From: Roseovarius sp.
GTDB lineage: Bacteria; Pseudomonadota; Alphaproteobacteria; Rhodobacterales; Rhodobacteraceae
Direction: 5' to 3'
Length of the DNA: 64,000 nt
NCBI GenBank assembly: GCA_041685435.1
Contig: JAWLFT010000002.1
Location: 22,058 to 86,057, forward strand
The notes under the pieces are model-generated. The model was given only the letters and a program-made list of their open reading frames with translations. It did no database searches and had not been told where the DNA came from. Of the stretch, positions 32,436-41,446 are shown piece by piece. Position 1 is the first letter of the stretch. Every line of letters begins with the position of its first letter. A program made the translations under genes and the position numbers.

Positions 32436-33179
32436 TTACTGGAATTCGGCCGTCTTGCCTGCAGGCGCCCGCGCCACCTCCAGCGCCTCTGCCAGATCCA
32501 CGTCCCGCGCCAGCAGCGCCCGCCCGATCAGCGTGCCCGCGATGTTGGGGATGAAGCGCAGCCGCGCCACGTCGTCGATGTCGCGCACCGTGCCGCGCGC
32601 GATGACCGGATGCCGGGTCTGCGCGGCAAGGCCCGAGATCACTCCGAGAGTGCCGTCGCTCGCCTCGATATCGGCGTCGATATCGGTGACGATGATCCCG
32701 GCCAGCGGCACCCCGTCGAAGGCGCGGATGAAATCGTCGGCCCTGAACATGCTCGGCTCGCGCCAGCCGGCGGTCATCAGCTGACCCTGATAGACATCGA
32801 CGGCCACGACGATCTGGTCGGGATGATATTTCGCCAGTTCCTTGACTGCGTCCGGATCCTGAAGCGCCATCGTGCCCAGCACGATCCGCCCTGCGCCGTG
32901 ATCGATCCAGCGGGTGACCATATCGCGCGACCGAAACCCGCCGCCAAGCTGCACCGGGATGCCCGCCGCGCGGATGATCTCGACCACGAGATCATCATTG
33001 TCGCCATCGCCGCGCAGCCGGTTCATGTCCGTCAGGTGCATCCATTCGGCCCCGGCGGCGGCAAAGCCGCGCGCCGTCTCGACCGGGTCCACATGCCAGA
33101 TCACCGGCTCGTCAAGCCGTCCGCGGCTGAGGTTCACGCACCTGCCGTCGAGTAGTTCCAGTGTCGGATAAACGATCAT
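32436..33179 (-). CDS. HisA/HisF-related TIM-barrel protein (degenerate HisA paralog)
   Basis: Aligns by eye to HisA over its full length (DGRCVNLSRG, QLGGGFRS, IVLGT, TAGW, IGRAL), but several key motifs are altered. Alternative start at 33188. Confidence 0.85.
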   Translation of the reverse strand: MIVYPTLELLDGRCVNLSRGRLDEPVIWHVDPVETARGFAAAGAEWMHLTDMNRLRGDGDNDDLVVEIIRAAGIPVQLGGGFRSRDMVTRWIDHGAGRIVLGTMALQDPDAVKELAKYHPDQIVVAVDVYQGQLMTAGWREPSMFRADDFIRAFDGVPLAGIIVTDIDADIEASDGTLGVISGLAAQTRHPVIARGTVRDIDDVARLRFIPNIAGTLIGRALLARDVDLAEALEVARAPAGKTAEFQ

Positions 33180-33397
33180 GATCTGCATCCCCTCCCTGTT
33201 TGTCCTGAATTTCGGGCCGGCCTGTCTGGCCCGGATGTCTGACCTCGCCGGTCCCCGGTCCGGCCCGTCGGGGCCGCACGCCGCGATCCCGCCCGCGCGC
33301 GCCGCGACGTTACCGGCATCCTACCACGCATTCCCGCCCCGGGAAAACAATCGGCGGGATCCGGCACATGAAAGGTGCTGACCGGAGGCCGGAACGC

Positions 33398-33426
33398 AAA
33401 AGGCCCCGCCGCACCGGCAGGGCCTT
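33398..33426 (-). terminator. Intrinsic terminator after acpP
   Basis: Minus strand AAGGCCCTGCC-GGTGC-GGCGGGGCCTTTT. Confidence 0.75.
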
Positions 33427-33460
33427 CACACGTGATGATGGCGAAAATGATGGCGAAATC

Positions 33461-33694
33461 TCAGGACGCTTCGGAGATGAATTTCACCGCGTCGCCGACG
33501 GTCTGGATGGTGTCGGCCGCATCGTCGGGGATCTCGATCCCGAATTCCTCTTCGAACGCCATGACCAGCTCGACCGTGTCAAGGCTGTCGGCGCCCAGAT
33601 CGTCGATGAACGACGCCTTGTCCACGACCTTGTCCTCTTCGACGCCGAGATGTTCCACAACGATCTTCTTCACGCGGTCTGCGATATCGCTCAT
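33461..33694 (-). CDS. acpP: Acyl carrier protein
   Basis: [20 protein letters not shown] motif. Confidence 0.98.
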   Translation of the reverse strand: MSDIADRVKKIVVEHLGVEEDKVVDKASFIDDLGADSLDTVELVMAFEEEFGIEIPDDAADTIQTVGDAVKFISEAS

Positions 33695-33927
33695 GTCTTG
33701 CTTCCTCATATTGTGTTGGGCCGCGCGGCCCGGTCTTTGCCCCCGCCCGGCGCGGGAAGCGGCGTTATCATGCCCGTTCGGGCGGCTCTCGACTGCCTGC
33801 CTTTACAGGGCCTCAGGAGAAACCGCGTGTCCCTCCGGCAAATCTGCGTGGCCTATAGCACATGCTTTGGCGATGGCAAACGAATTCACCACCTCCGATC
33901 ACACGCGCGAGCGCCCTCAGCGCCACC

Positions 33928-34665
33928 TCACGGCATCGCCATCCCGCCATTGACGTGCAGCGTCGCCCCGGTGACATATCCGGCCTCGGGGCTGGCCAGA
34001 TAAAGCACCGCCGCGGCGATCTCCTCGGGGGTGCCCATGCGCGCCACCGGGATCTGCGCGGCAAGGTCGGCCTTCTGATCCTCGGTCAGCTTGTCGGTCA
34101 TCGGCGTCGCGATGAAGCCGGGCGCGACCATGTTGGCGGTGATGCCGCGCGTGGCAACCTCCTGCGCGATGGATTTGGTCATCCCCGACAGCCCGGCCTT
34201 GGCGGCGGCATAGTTGACCTGACCGGGATTGCCCGTCGTGCCCACGATAGAGCCGATATTGACGATGCGCCCCCAGCGGGCCTTCATCATCGGGCGCACC
34301 GCCCCCCGGCACAGCCGCATCGCCGAGGTGAGGTTCACGTCCAGCACCTGCGACCAGTCCTCGTCCGACATCCGCATGAAGAGCTGGTCGCGGGTGATCC
34401 CGGCATTGTTCACCAGAATGTCGAGCCCGCCCATGGCCGAGACAGCGGCCTTCGGCAGCGCGTCGACCGCGGCCTTGTCGCCCAGATCGCAGGGCAGCAC
34501 ATGCGCGCGGCTGCCCAGGTCGGCCGCCAGCGCCTCCAGCGGCTCGACCCGCGTGCCCGACAGGCCCACGACAGCGCCCGCGCCATGCAGCGCCCGCGCG
34601 ATCGCAGCACCGATGCCGCCCGACGCACCGGTGACCAGCGCGCATTTTTCCGTCAGATCGAACAT
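33928..34665 (-). CDS. fabG: 3-oxoacyl-ACP reductase
   Basis: TGASGGIG, NNAGITRD, NYAAAKAG and LHVNGGM motifs. Confidence 0.96.
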   Translation of the reverse strand: MFDLTEKCALVTGASGGIGAAIARALHGAGAVVGLSGTRVEPLEALAADLGSRAHVLPCDLGDKAAVDALPKAAVSAMGGLDILVNNAGITRDQLFMRMSDEDWSQVLDVNLTSAMRLCRGAVRPMMKARWGRIVNIGSIVGTTGNPGQVNYAAAKAGLSGMTKSIAQEVATRGITANMVAPGFIATPMTDKLTEDQKADLAAQIPVARMGTPEEIAAAVLYLASPEAGYVTGATLHVNGGMAMP

Positions 34666-34695
34666 TCCTCGTTTCCTCCTCGCTCCTTTCGCGGC

Positions 34696-35640
34696 TCAGC
34701 GCGCCGACAGGGCTTCCACGGCCGCCGTCACCTCGTCGGGCGTGCCAACAGTCCGGCAGGCAATGCCGTGATCGATCCGCCGGATCATCCCCGACAGCGC
34801 CTTGCCCGCGCCAATCTCCCATATTTCGGTGACGCCGCCGCGCGCCATCGCCTGCACGCTCTCGCGCCAGCGCACCGGGGCGGTCACCTGCGCGATCAGC
34901 AATTGCCGGATCTCGCCGGGCTCGGTCACCGGCTCGGCGCGGACATTCGACACCAGCGGCACCACGGGCCGGGCGATGGTGACATCCTCCAGCGCCGCGG
35001 CCATCACTTCGGCCGCCGGGGCCATCAGATCGCAATGAAACGGCGCACTGACCGGCAGCAGGACCGCGCGTTTGGCACCGTTGGCCTTGGCCAGCTCCAC
35101 CGCGCGCTCGACGGCGGCCCTGTGGCCCGACACCACGACCTGCCCGGGATCGTTGTCATTGGCGGCCTGACATATCTCGCCCTGCGCGGCCTCGTCGGCC
35201 ACGCCGCGCGCGGTCTCGAAATCGAGACCCAGCAGGGCCGCCATGGCGCCCATCCCGACCGGCACCGCGTCCTGCATCGCGCGACCGCGGATGCGCAGCA
35301 GGCGCGCGGTGTCGCCGACGTCAAGCGCGCCGGCCGCCGCGAGCGCCGAATATTCGCCGAGCGAGTGCCCGGCGACATAGGCCGCCTGCCCGACCTCCAA
35401 GCCGGCCGATTGCAGCGCCCGCATCGCGGCCAGCGACGTGGCCATCAGCGCAGGCTGCGCGTTGGCGGTCAGCGTCAGGTCATCCTGCGCCCCGTTCCAG
35501 ATGAGGCTCGACAGGTTTTCGCCCAAGGCCGCGTCGACCTCGTCGAAAACCGCCCGGGCCGCCGGATACGCCTTTGCAAGATCGGCCCCCATGCCGATCA
35601 CCTGCGCGCCCTGCCCGGGGAAAACCAATGCCCGACTCAT
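34696..35640 (-). CDS. fabD: Malonyl-CoA:ACP transacylase
   Basis: FPGQGAQ, GHSLGEY and VSAPFH motifs. Confidence 0.97.
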   Translation of the reverse strand: MSRALVFPGQGAQVIGMGADLAKAYPAARAVFDEVDAALGENLSSLIWNGAQDDLTLTANAQPALMATSLAAMRALQSAGLEVGQAAYVAGHSLGEYSALAAAGALDVGDTARLLRIRGRAMQDAVPVGMGAMAALLGLDFETARGVADEAAQGEICQAANDNDPGQVVVSGHRAAVERAVELAKANGAKRAVLLPVSAPFHCDLMAPAAEVMAAALEDVTIARPVVPLVSNVRAEPVTEPGEIRQLLIAQVTAPVRWRESVQAMARGGVTEIWEIGAGKALSGMIRRIDHGIACRTVGTPDEVTAAVEALSAR

Positions 35641-35810
35641 CTGCGCATTCCTCCCTCGAAAAAATCTGATCCCACCTATAGCGCCACGTTTTGCATGGCA
35701 ACGCCAAAGCCCGCGACGTGCCGCGATGCACGGCTCGTGTGCGCGCCCGGCGATTGTCCGGGGCGCGTGACCGGCTACATCGATATCATCTCTACAAGGG
35801 AAATTCCGAG

Positions 35811-37049
35811 ATGCCGCTTACCAACTCCGACACAACCTATGGCAGCGTGACAAAAACCTTCCACTGGCTGATCGCATTGCTGATCCTGTCCAATATCGCG
35901 CTTGGCTGGATTGCGTCGAACATGGCGCAGGAGATTGAACGCGGCGCGGGCGAAGCGCTGATCGACCGGGCCAGCCTGTTGTTTTCAATACACAAAACAT
36001 CCGGCGTGGCGATCTTCTTCACGGCGCTCGCGCGCATCCTCTGGGCTATCTCGCAGCCCAAGCCGGGGCTTTTGAACGGCGACCGGGGGCTGGAGGCGCG
36101 CGCCGCCCAAACCGCGCATTGGCTGCTCTACGGGTCACTGGTTCTGGTGCCGCTCTCGGGCTGGGTGCATCACGCGGCGACCAGTGGCTTTGCCCCGATC
36201 TGGTGGCCCTTCGGCCAGACTCTGCCGTTCGTGCCCAGATCCGAGTCCGTGTCAGAGACCGCGGCGACCCTGCATTTCCTGCTACAATGGGTTATGACCG
36301 GCGCGATTGTTGCGCATATCGCGGGCGCTCTGAAACATCACGTGATCGACCGCGACGCGACATTGCGCCGGATGCTGCCCGGCCGGGTCTCTGCCCAGCC
36401 CACGGCGCGCCAGCCGGGGCATGCCCTGCCGCTTGTCGCGGCGCTCGGCATCTGGGGCGCGACCATCGGCGGGGCAAGTGCTGTCGGCATGTTCGAGGCC
36501 CCCGAAAAGGCCGCGCCCAGCCTCGCCGAGGTCGAAAGCGACTGGCAGGTCCAGGATGGCAGCCTGCAGATCACCGTGGTGCAGATGGGCTCCGAGGTCA
36601 CCGGCAGCTTTGACGAGTGGACCGCCGATATCGCCTATTCCGATACGCCGGACGCAGACGGCCAGCACGGCACGGTCGAGGTGACGGTGGCGATCAGCTC
36701 GCTGTCGCTCGGTTCGGTCACGTCGCAGGCCATGGACGCGGATTACTTCAATGAAGACGATCACCCGACCGCCCGCTTCGCCGCCGACCTGATGGCGGGC
36801 GACGCCGAAGGCGCGGGCAAGATCGCCAAAGGCACGCTGACGATTCGCGACCAGTCCGTGCCGGTCGAGATGCCCTTCGAGGTGGCGATCGAGGGCGATA
36901 CCGCGACGGCCAGCGGCGGGCTGACCGTGGACCGGCGCAATTTCGACATCGGCCAGGGTGTGGACGACGAAGGGGCGCTCGCGTATTCAGTCGATATCAG
37001 CTTCGAGCTGACCGCAACGCGTGCGCCGGACGGGGGTGAGCCGCCATGA
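35811..37049 (+). CDS. Cytochrome b561 / YceI fusion protein
   Basis: N-terminal FHW, HKTSG, HWLLY, LHF and ALKHH heme-ligand pattern; C-terminal YceI-like GSFDEW...GTLTIRD...VDRRNFDIG. Confidence 0.88.
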   Translation: MPLTNSDTTYGSVTKTFHWLIALLILSNIALGWIASNMAQEIERGAGEALIDRASLLFSIHKTSGVAIFFTALARILWAISQPKPGLLNGDRGLEARAAQTAHWLLYGSLVLVPLSGWVHHAATSGFAPIWWPFGQTLPFVPRSESVSETAATLHFLLQWVMTGAIVAHIAGALKHHVIDRDATLRRMLPGRVSAQPTARQPGHALPLVAALGIWGATIGGASAVGMFEAPEKAAPSLAEVESDWQVQDGSLQITVVQMGSEVTGSFDEWTADIAYSDTPDADGQHGTVEVTVAISSLSLGSVTSQAMDADYFNEDDHPTARFAADLMAGDAEGAGKIAKGTLTIRDQSVPVEMPFEVAIEGDTATASGGLTVDRRNFDIGQGVDDEGALAYSVDISFELTATRAPDGGEPP

Positions 37050-37278
37050 TCCACCATGATCGGATTGAGGGTCGGATTTTTGCTGTGGGTCGTGCGGTGA
37101 GTTGCGTGTCTCATCGTCCTGCGCCTCGGAGGTTCCACGGCCCGACCATCAACAAGTCCGCCCGACCGCTTCGAACGGGTCATGAAGCCGTTCCGCGGGC
37201 CATCTGATACGACCCTGACCGGTCACGACACGCGCCGGCAGCTTGACAACGGACCCTGCGCGCGCGACAGACGCGGCC

Positions 37279-37656
37279 ATGATATTGACCCTCTTTCAGG
37301 TGGCCCTTGGCGGCGCCATTGGTGCGTGCCTGCGGTTTGGCGTGGTGCATACGATGTTCCGTCTTACCGGCCCGGGCTTTCCCCTTGGCGTGCTGTGCGT
37401 CAATGTCCTGGGGTCGTTCCTTATGGGTGTGATGATGATCCTGGCGATACAGCGCGACATCGCGTGGCTAAATCCGTTCCTGATGGTCGGGATACTTGGC
37501 GGGTTCACCACGTTTTCCACCTTCTCGATGGAAGCGTTCACGCTGTTCGAACGTGGACAGTTTGCGGCGGCCGGCACATATGTTGGGCTCAGCGTCGTGT
37601 TGTCTCTGGCCGCCCTCGCACTCGGGGTTTGGCTGTCGCGGGGTTTCCTGACATGA
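37279..37656 (+). CDS. crcB: Fluoride efflux channel CrcB/Fluc
   Basis: GGAIGACLRF, VNVLGSF and GILGGFTTFSTF motifs. Confidence 0.95.
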   Translation: MILTLFQVALGGAIGACLRFGVVHTMFRLTGPGFPLGVLCVNVLGSFLMGVMMILAIQRDIAWLNPFLMVGILGGFTTFSTFSMEAFTLFERGQFAAAGTYVGLSVVLSLAALALGVWLSRGFLT

Positions 37657-38696
37657 GCGGTGTGCAGACCTTGAATGTTGCGGCGGGCGATGGCGATCAG
37701 CGTCTCGACCGCTGGCTGAAACGGCAGTTTCCGCATCTGACGCAAGGCCAGATCGAGAAGATGTGCCGCAAGGGCGATCTGCGGGTCGAGGGCGGCCGCG
37801 TCAAATCGGCAACGCGCATCGAGGTCGGACAGAGCGTGCGCATCCCGCCGCTGCCCGACCCCGACACGAAACCCGCGCCCGAGGCCGCGCGCATCAGCCC
37901 GGCCGACGCGAAGATGATCCAGTCCTGCGTGATCTACCGCGACGATCACATCATCGCGCTGAACAAGCCGCCGGGGCTGCCGGTGCAGGGCGGATCGAAA
38001 CAGGCGCGGCATGTCGACGGGCTGGCCGAGGCGCTGCGCTTTGGGTCCGAGAGCAAGCCGCGCCTTGTCCACCGGCTCGACAAGGACACGTCCGGGGTGC
38101 TGATCCTGGCGCGCACGCGCGAGGCGGCCAAGGGGCTGACCGCGGCCTTCCGGCACCGCAACACCCGCAAGATCTATTGGGCGGCCGTCGCCGGATCGCC
38201 GCATCCGCGCATGGGCACGATCCGCTACGGTCTGGTCAAGGCGCCGGGGCATGGCGACAGGGGCGAGGGCGAAAAGATGCTGTGCCTGCACCCGCGCGAG
38301 ATCGAGGGCACGCCCGGCGCCAAGCCCGCCACGACGGATTACGCGATGATCGAGAATGCCGGCGGGCGCGCCGCATGGATGGCGCTGATCCCGGTGACCG
38401 GGCGCACCCATCAGTTGCGCGCGCATCTCGCCGAAATCGGGCATCCGATCGTCGGGGACGGAAAATATGGCGGCTCGGGTCAGGAAAACCAGGGCGATGG
38501 CTGGGGCGCGCAGCTGGGCGGCGATGTCAGCCGCAAGCTGCATCTGCACGCGCGCACCCTGAAGATCGAACATCCGGTGACGCGCGCCCTGCTGCACCTG
38601 ACGGCACCCCTGCCCGCGCATATGGCCCAGACATGGGAGCTGTTTCAATGGCAGCCCTCGGACGCGCCGGAGGATCCGCTGGAGGATCTGGTGTGA
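37653..38696 (+). CDS. rluC: RluA/RluC family pseudouridine synthase
   Basis: S4-like RLDRWL, NKPPGLPVQGG, VHRLDKDTSG and TGRTHQLR motifs. Confidence 0.9.
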   Translation: MSGVQTLNVAAGDGDQRLDRWLKRQFPHLTQGQIEKMCRKGDLRVEGGRVKSATRIEVGQSVRIPPLPDPDTKPAPEAARISPADAKMIQSCVIYRDDHIIALNKPPGLPVQGGSKQARHVDGLAEALRFGSESKPRLVHRLDKDTSGVLILARTREAAKGLTAAFRHRNTRKIYWAAVAGSPHPRMGTIRYGLVKAPGHGDRGEGEKMLCLHPREIEGTPGAKPATTDYAMIENAGGRAAWMALIPVTGRTHQLRAHLAEIGHPIVGDGKYGGSGQENQGDGWGAQLGGDVSRKLHLHARTLKIEHPVTRALLHLTAPLPAHMAQTWELFQWQPSDAPEDPLEDLV

Positions 38697-39388
38697 GCGG
38701 CCCGTCGAACGGCCCCCTGCGCCTGATCATCTTCGACGTGGACGGCACGCTGGTCGACAGCCAGGGCGATATCCTGGCGGCGATGCGCAGCGCCTTTGCG
38801 CGCGCCGACCACGCCGCCCCGGACGCCGGCGCGATCCTCGGCATCGTGGGATTGTCGCTCGACGTGGCGGTGGCGCGGCTTGTGCCGCACCTGCCGGAAG
38901 CGGAGCAGGCCCGCATCGTCGGGTGGTACAAGGACGCCTACATGGATTTGCGCGCGGTCTCGGGCGTGGCGCAGTCCTCGCCCCTCTATCCGCATGCGCA
39001 TGACACGCTGCGGGCGCTGCATGCGGTGCCGGAGACGTTGCTGGGTGTCGCAACCGGCAAATCCGCACGAGGGCTGGACAAGCTGCTTGACGGTCACGAT
39101 CTGGGGCGGTTTTTCGTCACACGCCAGGTTGCCGATCATCATCCGTCAAAGCCGCACCCCTCGATGCTGCTGGCAGCCCTGTCGGAAACCGGCGTCGCGC
39201 CGGAAAACGCGGTGATGGTGGGCGACACGAGCTATGACATGGAGATGGCGCACGCCGCCGGCATCCCCGGGATCGGCGTGAGCTGGGGCTATCACCGGCC
39301 CGAATTGCTGGGCGCGGCGCGCGTGATCGCCCGGGATTTTCGCGATCTGGCCGGGCTGATCGACGACATCCAAAGGACACCCGCATGA
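38693..39388 (+). CDS. HAD-IA family hydrolase
   Basis: FDVDGTLVDS, ATGKS, SKPHP and MVGDTSYD motifs; GTG start overlaps the upstream stop. Confidence 0.92.
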   Translation: MSGPSNGPLRLIIFDVDGTLVDSQGDILAAMRSAFARADHAAPDAGAILGIVGLSLDVAVARLVPHLPEAEQARIVGWYKDAYMDLRAVSGVAQSSPLYPHAHDTLRALHAVPETLLGVATGKSARGLDKLLDGHDLGRFFVTRQVADHHPSKPHPSMLLAALSETGVAPENAVMVGDTSYDMEMAHAAGIPGIGVSWGYHRPELLGAARVIARDFRDLAGLIDDIQRTPA

Positions 39389-40095
39389 GCGAATGGGACG
39401 CGAAACGGTTCTGGAACGAGGCCACCGTCGCAGAGACGGCAAAGGGCTATACCGTGCATCTCGACGGGCGCCCGGTGCGCACGCCGGCCAAGGCGCCGGT
39501 CATCCTGCCCACGTCTGCGCTCGCCGGCGCCATCGCCGAGGAATGGGACGCGCAGGAGGGCAAGATCCGCCCCGCCAGCATGCCCGTCACCCGCGCGGCC
39601 AACGCCGCCATCGACAAGGTCGCGCATCAGCATGCCGAGGTGGCGCGGATGCTGGCCGATTACGGAGACAGCGATCTGCTGTGCTACCGCGCCGAAAGCC
39701 CCGCAGAACTGGCCGCGCGGCAGGCCGAGGCGTGGGATCCGCTTCTCGATTGGGCCGAATCGGACTTGTCGGCGCGGCTTGGGGTACGGACCGGGGTCAT
39801 GCCGCGCGCGCAGGATCCCCAGACACTCGCGCGGCTGCACCGCGAAGTGAGGATGCTCGATTTTTGGGCATTGACCGCGTTTCATGATCTTGTCGGCATC
39901 AGCGGGTCGCTGATCATCGGTTTTGCGGCCTTGCGCGACATATACCCGGCGCAAGCCCTGTGGCAGGTTTCACGGGTGGATGAGGTCTGGCAGCAGGAGC
40001 AATGGGGTAGAGACGAGGATGCCGAGCGCGTGGCGCGCGCAAAGGCAACGGACTTTCTGAATGCAAAGCGCTTTCATGATCTTTCGCGCGCCTGA
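39385..40095 (+). CDS. ATP12 family F1-ATPase assembly chaperone
   Basis: KRFW, LDGRPVRTP, EWDAQ, DLLCYRA and DEVWQQEQWG motifs. Confidence 0.92.
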   Translation: MSEWDAKRFWNEATVAETAKGYTVHLDGRPVRTPAKAPVILPTSALAGAIAEEWDAQEGKIRPASMPVTRAANAAIDKVAHQHAEVARMLADYGDSDLLCYRAESPAELAARQAEAWDPLLDWAESDLSARLGVRTGVMPRAQDPQTLARLHREVRMLDFWALTAFHDLVGISGSLIIGFAALRDIYPAQALWQVSRVDEVWQQEQWGRDEDAERVARAKATDFLNAKRFHDLSRA

Positions 40096-40303
40096 TCGGA
40101 TCGCGTGACTTGGGGTCGCAGGGAAGATCGGACAGGTCTCCTCCGGAACCCTGTCCTGAACAAAGACTTGACGTTTCATGCTGAATCCACACAAACTTGC
40201 GAATACTGCCCGGGGCGAGCGCCCCGTGTGCAGTAGCAAAGCGGCCTCGTGCAGGTCGAATGAACTGCCCTCGAGACGGGTGGAAAATCAGGAAGAGGTA
40301 AAC

Positions 40304-41323
40304 ATGAAACGATCCGTATTTATGGGCGCGTTGACCGTCGCCGGTGTGAGTGCCGGGGCATCGGCCGCGGCCACGCTGGATGACGTTGTGGCGCGTGGCG
40401 AACTGAACTGCGGCGTGACCACCGGTCTCGTCGGCTTCGCAGCCCCCGACGCGGAGGGCGAGTGGGAAGGCTTTGACGTGGACGTGTGCCGGGCGCTGGC
40501 CGCGGCCATCCTCGATGATCCCGACGCGGTCGAGTTCGTGCCGACCACCGGCAAGACGCGCTTCACCGCGCTGTCGTCCGGCGAGGTCGACGTTCTGGCG
40601 CGCAACACGACCTGGACGTTCTCGCGCGACAACGATCTCAACTTCGAGTTCGTCGGCATCAACTACTATGACGGCCAGGGTTTCATGATCCGCAAGGATC
40701 TTGGGGTGACTTCGGCGCAGGAACTGGACGGTGCCACCATCTGCATCCAGACCGGCACCACCACCGAGCTGAACCTCGCCGATTACTTCCGCAAGAACGA
40801 CATGGAATACGAGCCGGTCCCGGTCGAGACCAATTCCGAAGGTCAGCAGCAGTACCTCGCCAGGGCCTGTGACGCCTACACGACCGACACATCCGGCCTC
40901 GCCGCGACGCGGGCGGCCTTCGAGGACCCCGACAACCACGTGATCCTGCCCGAAGTCATCTCGAAAGAGCCACTTGGCCCGCTGGTGCGCCATGGCGACA
41001 ACGAATGGGGCGATATCGCCCGCTGGACGCTCAACGCGCTGATCGCCGCCGAGGAACTCGACATCACGAGCGAGAACGTCGAGGAGATGGCATCCGAGGC
41101 CGGCGACAGCCCGGAAATCAACCGTCTGCTGGGAACCGAAGGTGACTTGGGCGAAATGATCGGACTGGATCAGGACTGGGCCGTACGGGCCATCGCGGCC
41201 GTGGGCAATTATGGCGAGGTGTTCGAGCGCCATATCGGTGAAAGCACGTCCGTCGGTCTCGCGCGGGGTCTCAACGCGCAATGGACCGAAGGCGGCCTGA
41301 TGTATTCGCCGCCGTTCCGGTAA
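40304..41323 (+). CDS. bztA: General L-amino-acid ABC transporter substrate-binding protein (BztA/AapJ)
   Basis: Signal peptide; ARNTTWTFSRD, YDGQGF, ISKEPLGP motifs and C-terminal SPPFR. Confidence 0.92.
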   Translation: MKRSVFMGALTVAGVSAGASAAATLDDVVARGELNCGVTTGLVGFAAPDAEGEWEGFDVDVCRALAAAILDDPDAVEFVPTTGKTRFTALSSGEVDVLARNTTWTFSRDNDLNFEFVGINYYDGQGFMIRKDLGVTSAQELDGATICIQTGTTTELNLADYFRKNDMEYEPVPVETNSEGQQQYLARACDAYTTDTSGLAATRAAFEDPDNHVILPEVISKEPLGPLVRHGDNEWGDIARWTLNALIAAEELDITSENVEEMASEAGDSPEINRLLGTEGDLGEMIGLDQDWAVRAIAAVGNYGEVFERHIGESTSVGLARGLNAQWTEGGLMYSPPFR

Positions 41324-41336
41324 AACCGGCACTTCA

Positions 41337-41371
41337 GAGGGGCGCGGCGCGTATCGCGTCCCTCACCTTTT
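41337..41371 (+). terminator. Stem-loop after bztA (partial terminator or mRNA stabiliser)
   Basis: GAGGGGCGCG...CGCGTCCCTC followed by ACCTTTT. Confidence 0.55.
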
Positions 41372-41446
41372 GACTTGTTTCCAAAAATAATCGGCCCACG
41401 ACATCATTGTCGCCAATCACCGGACCGAAGCACAGGGAAGTATCGG

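Noticed and set aside
36761-37183. Minus-strand 140-aa ORF starting in the YceI-crcB gap
   Set aside because: Mostly antisense to the YceI domain; no motif support.
37050-37278. Fluoride riboswitch upstream of crcB
   Set aside because: The GGCGATGG...TGATG core was not found.
41344-41358. 15-bp match GCGGCGCGTATCGCG shared with 13842-13856
   Set aside because: Short and GC-rich, both in hairpin arms; chance similarity cannot be excluded.
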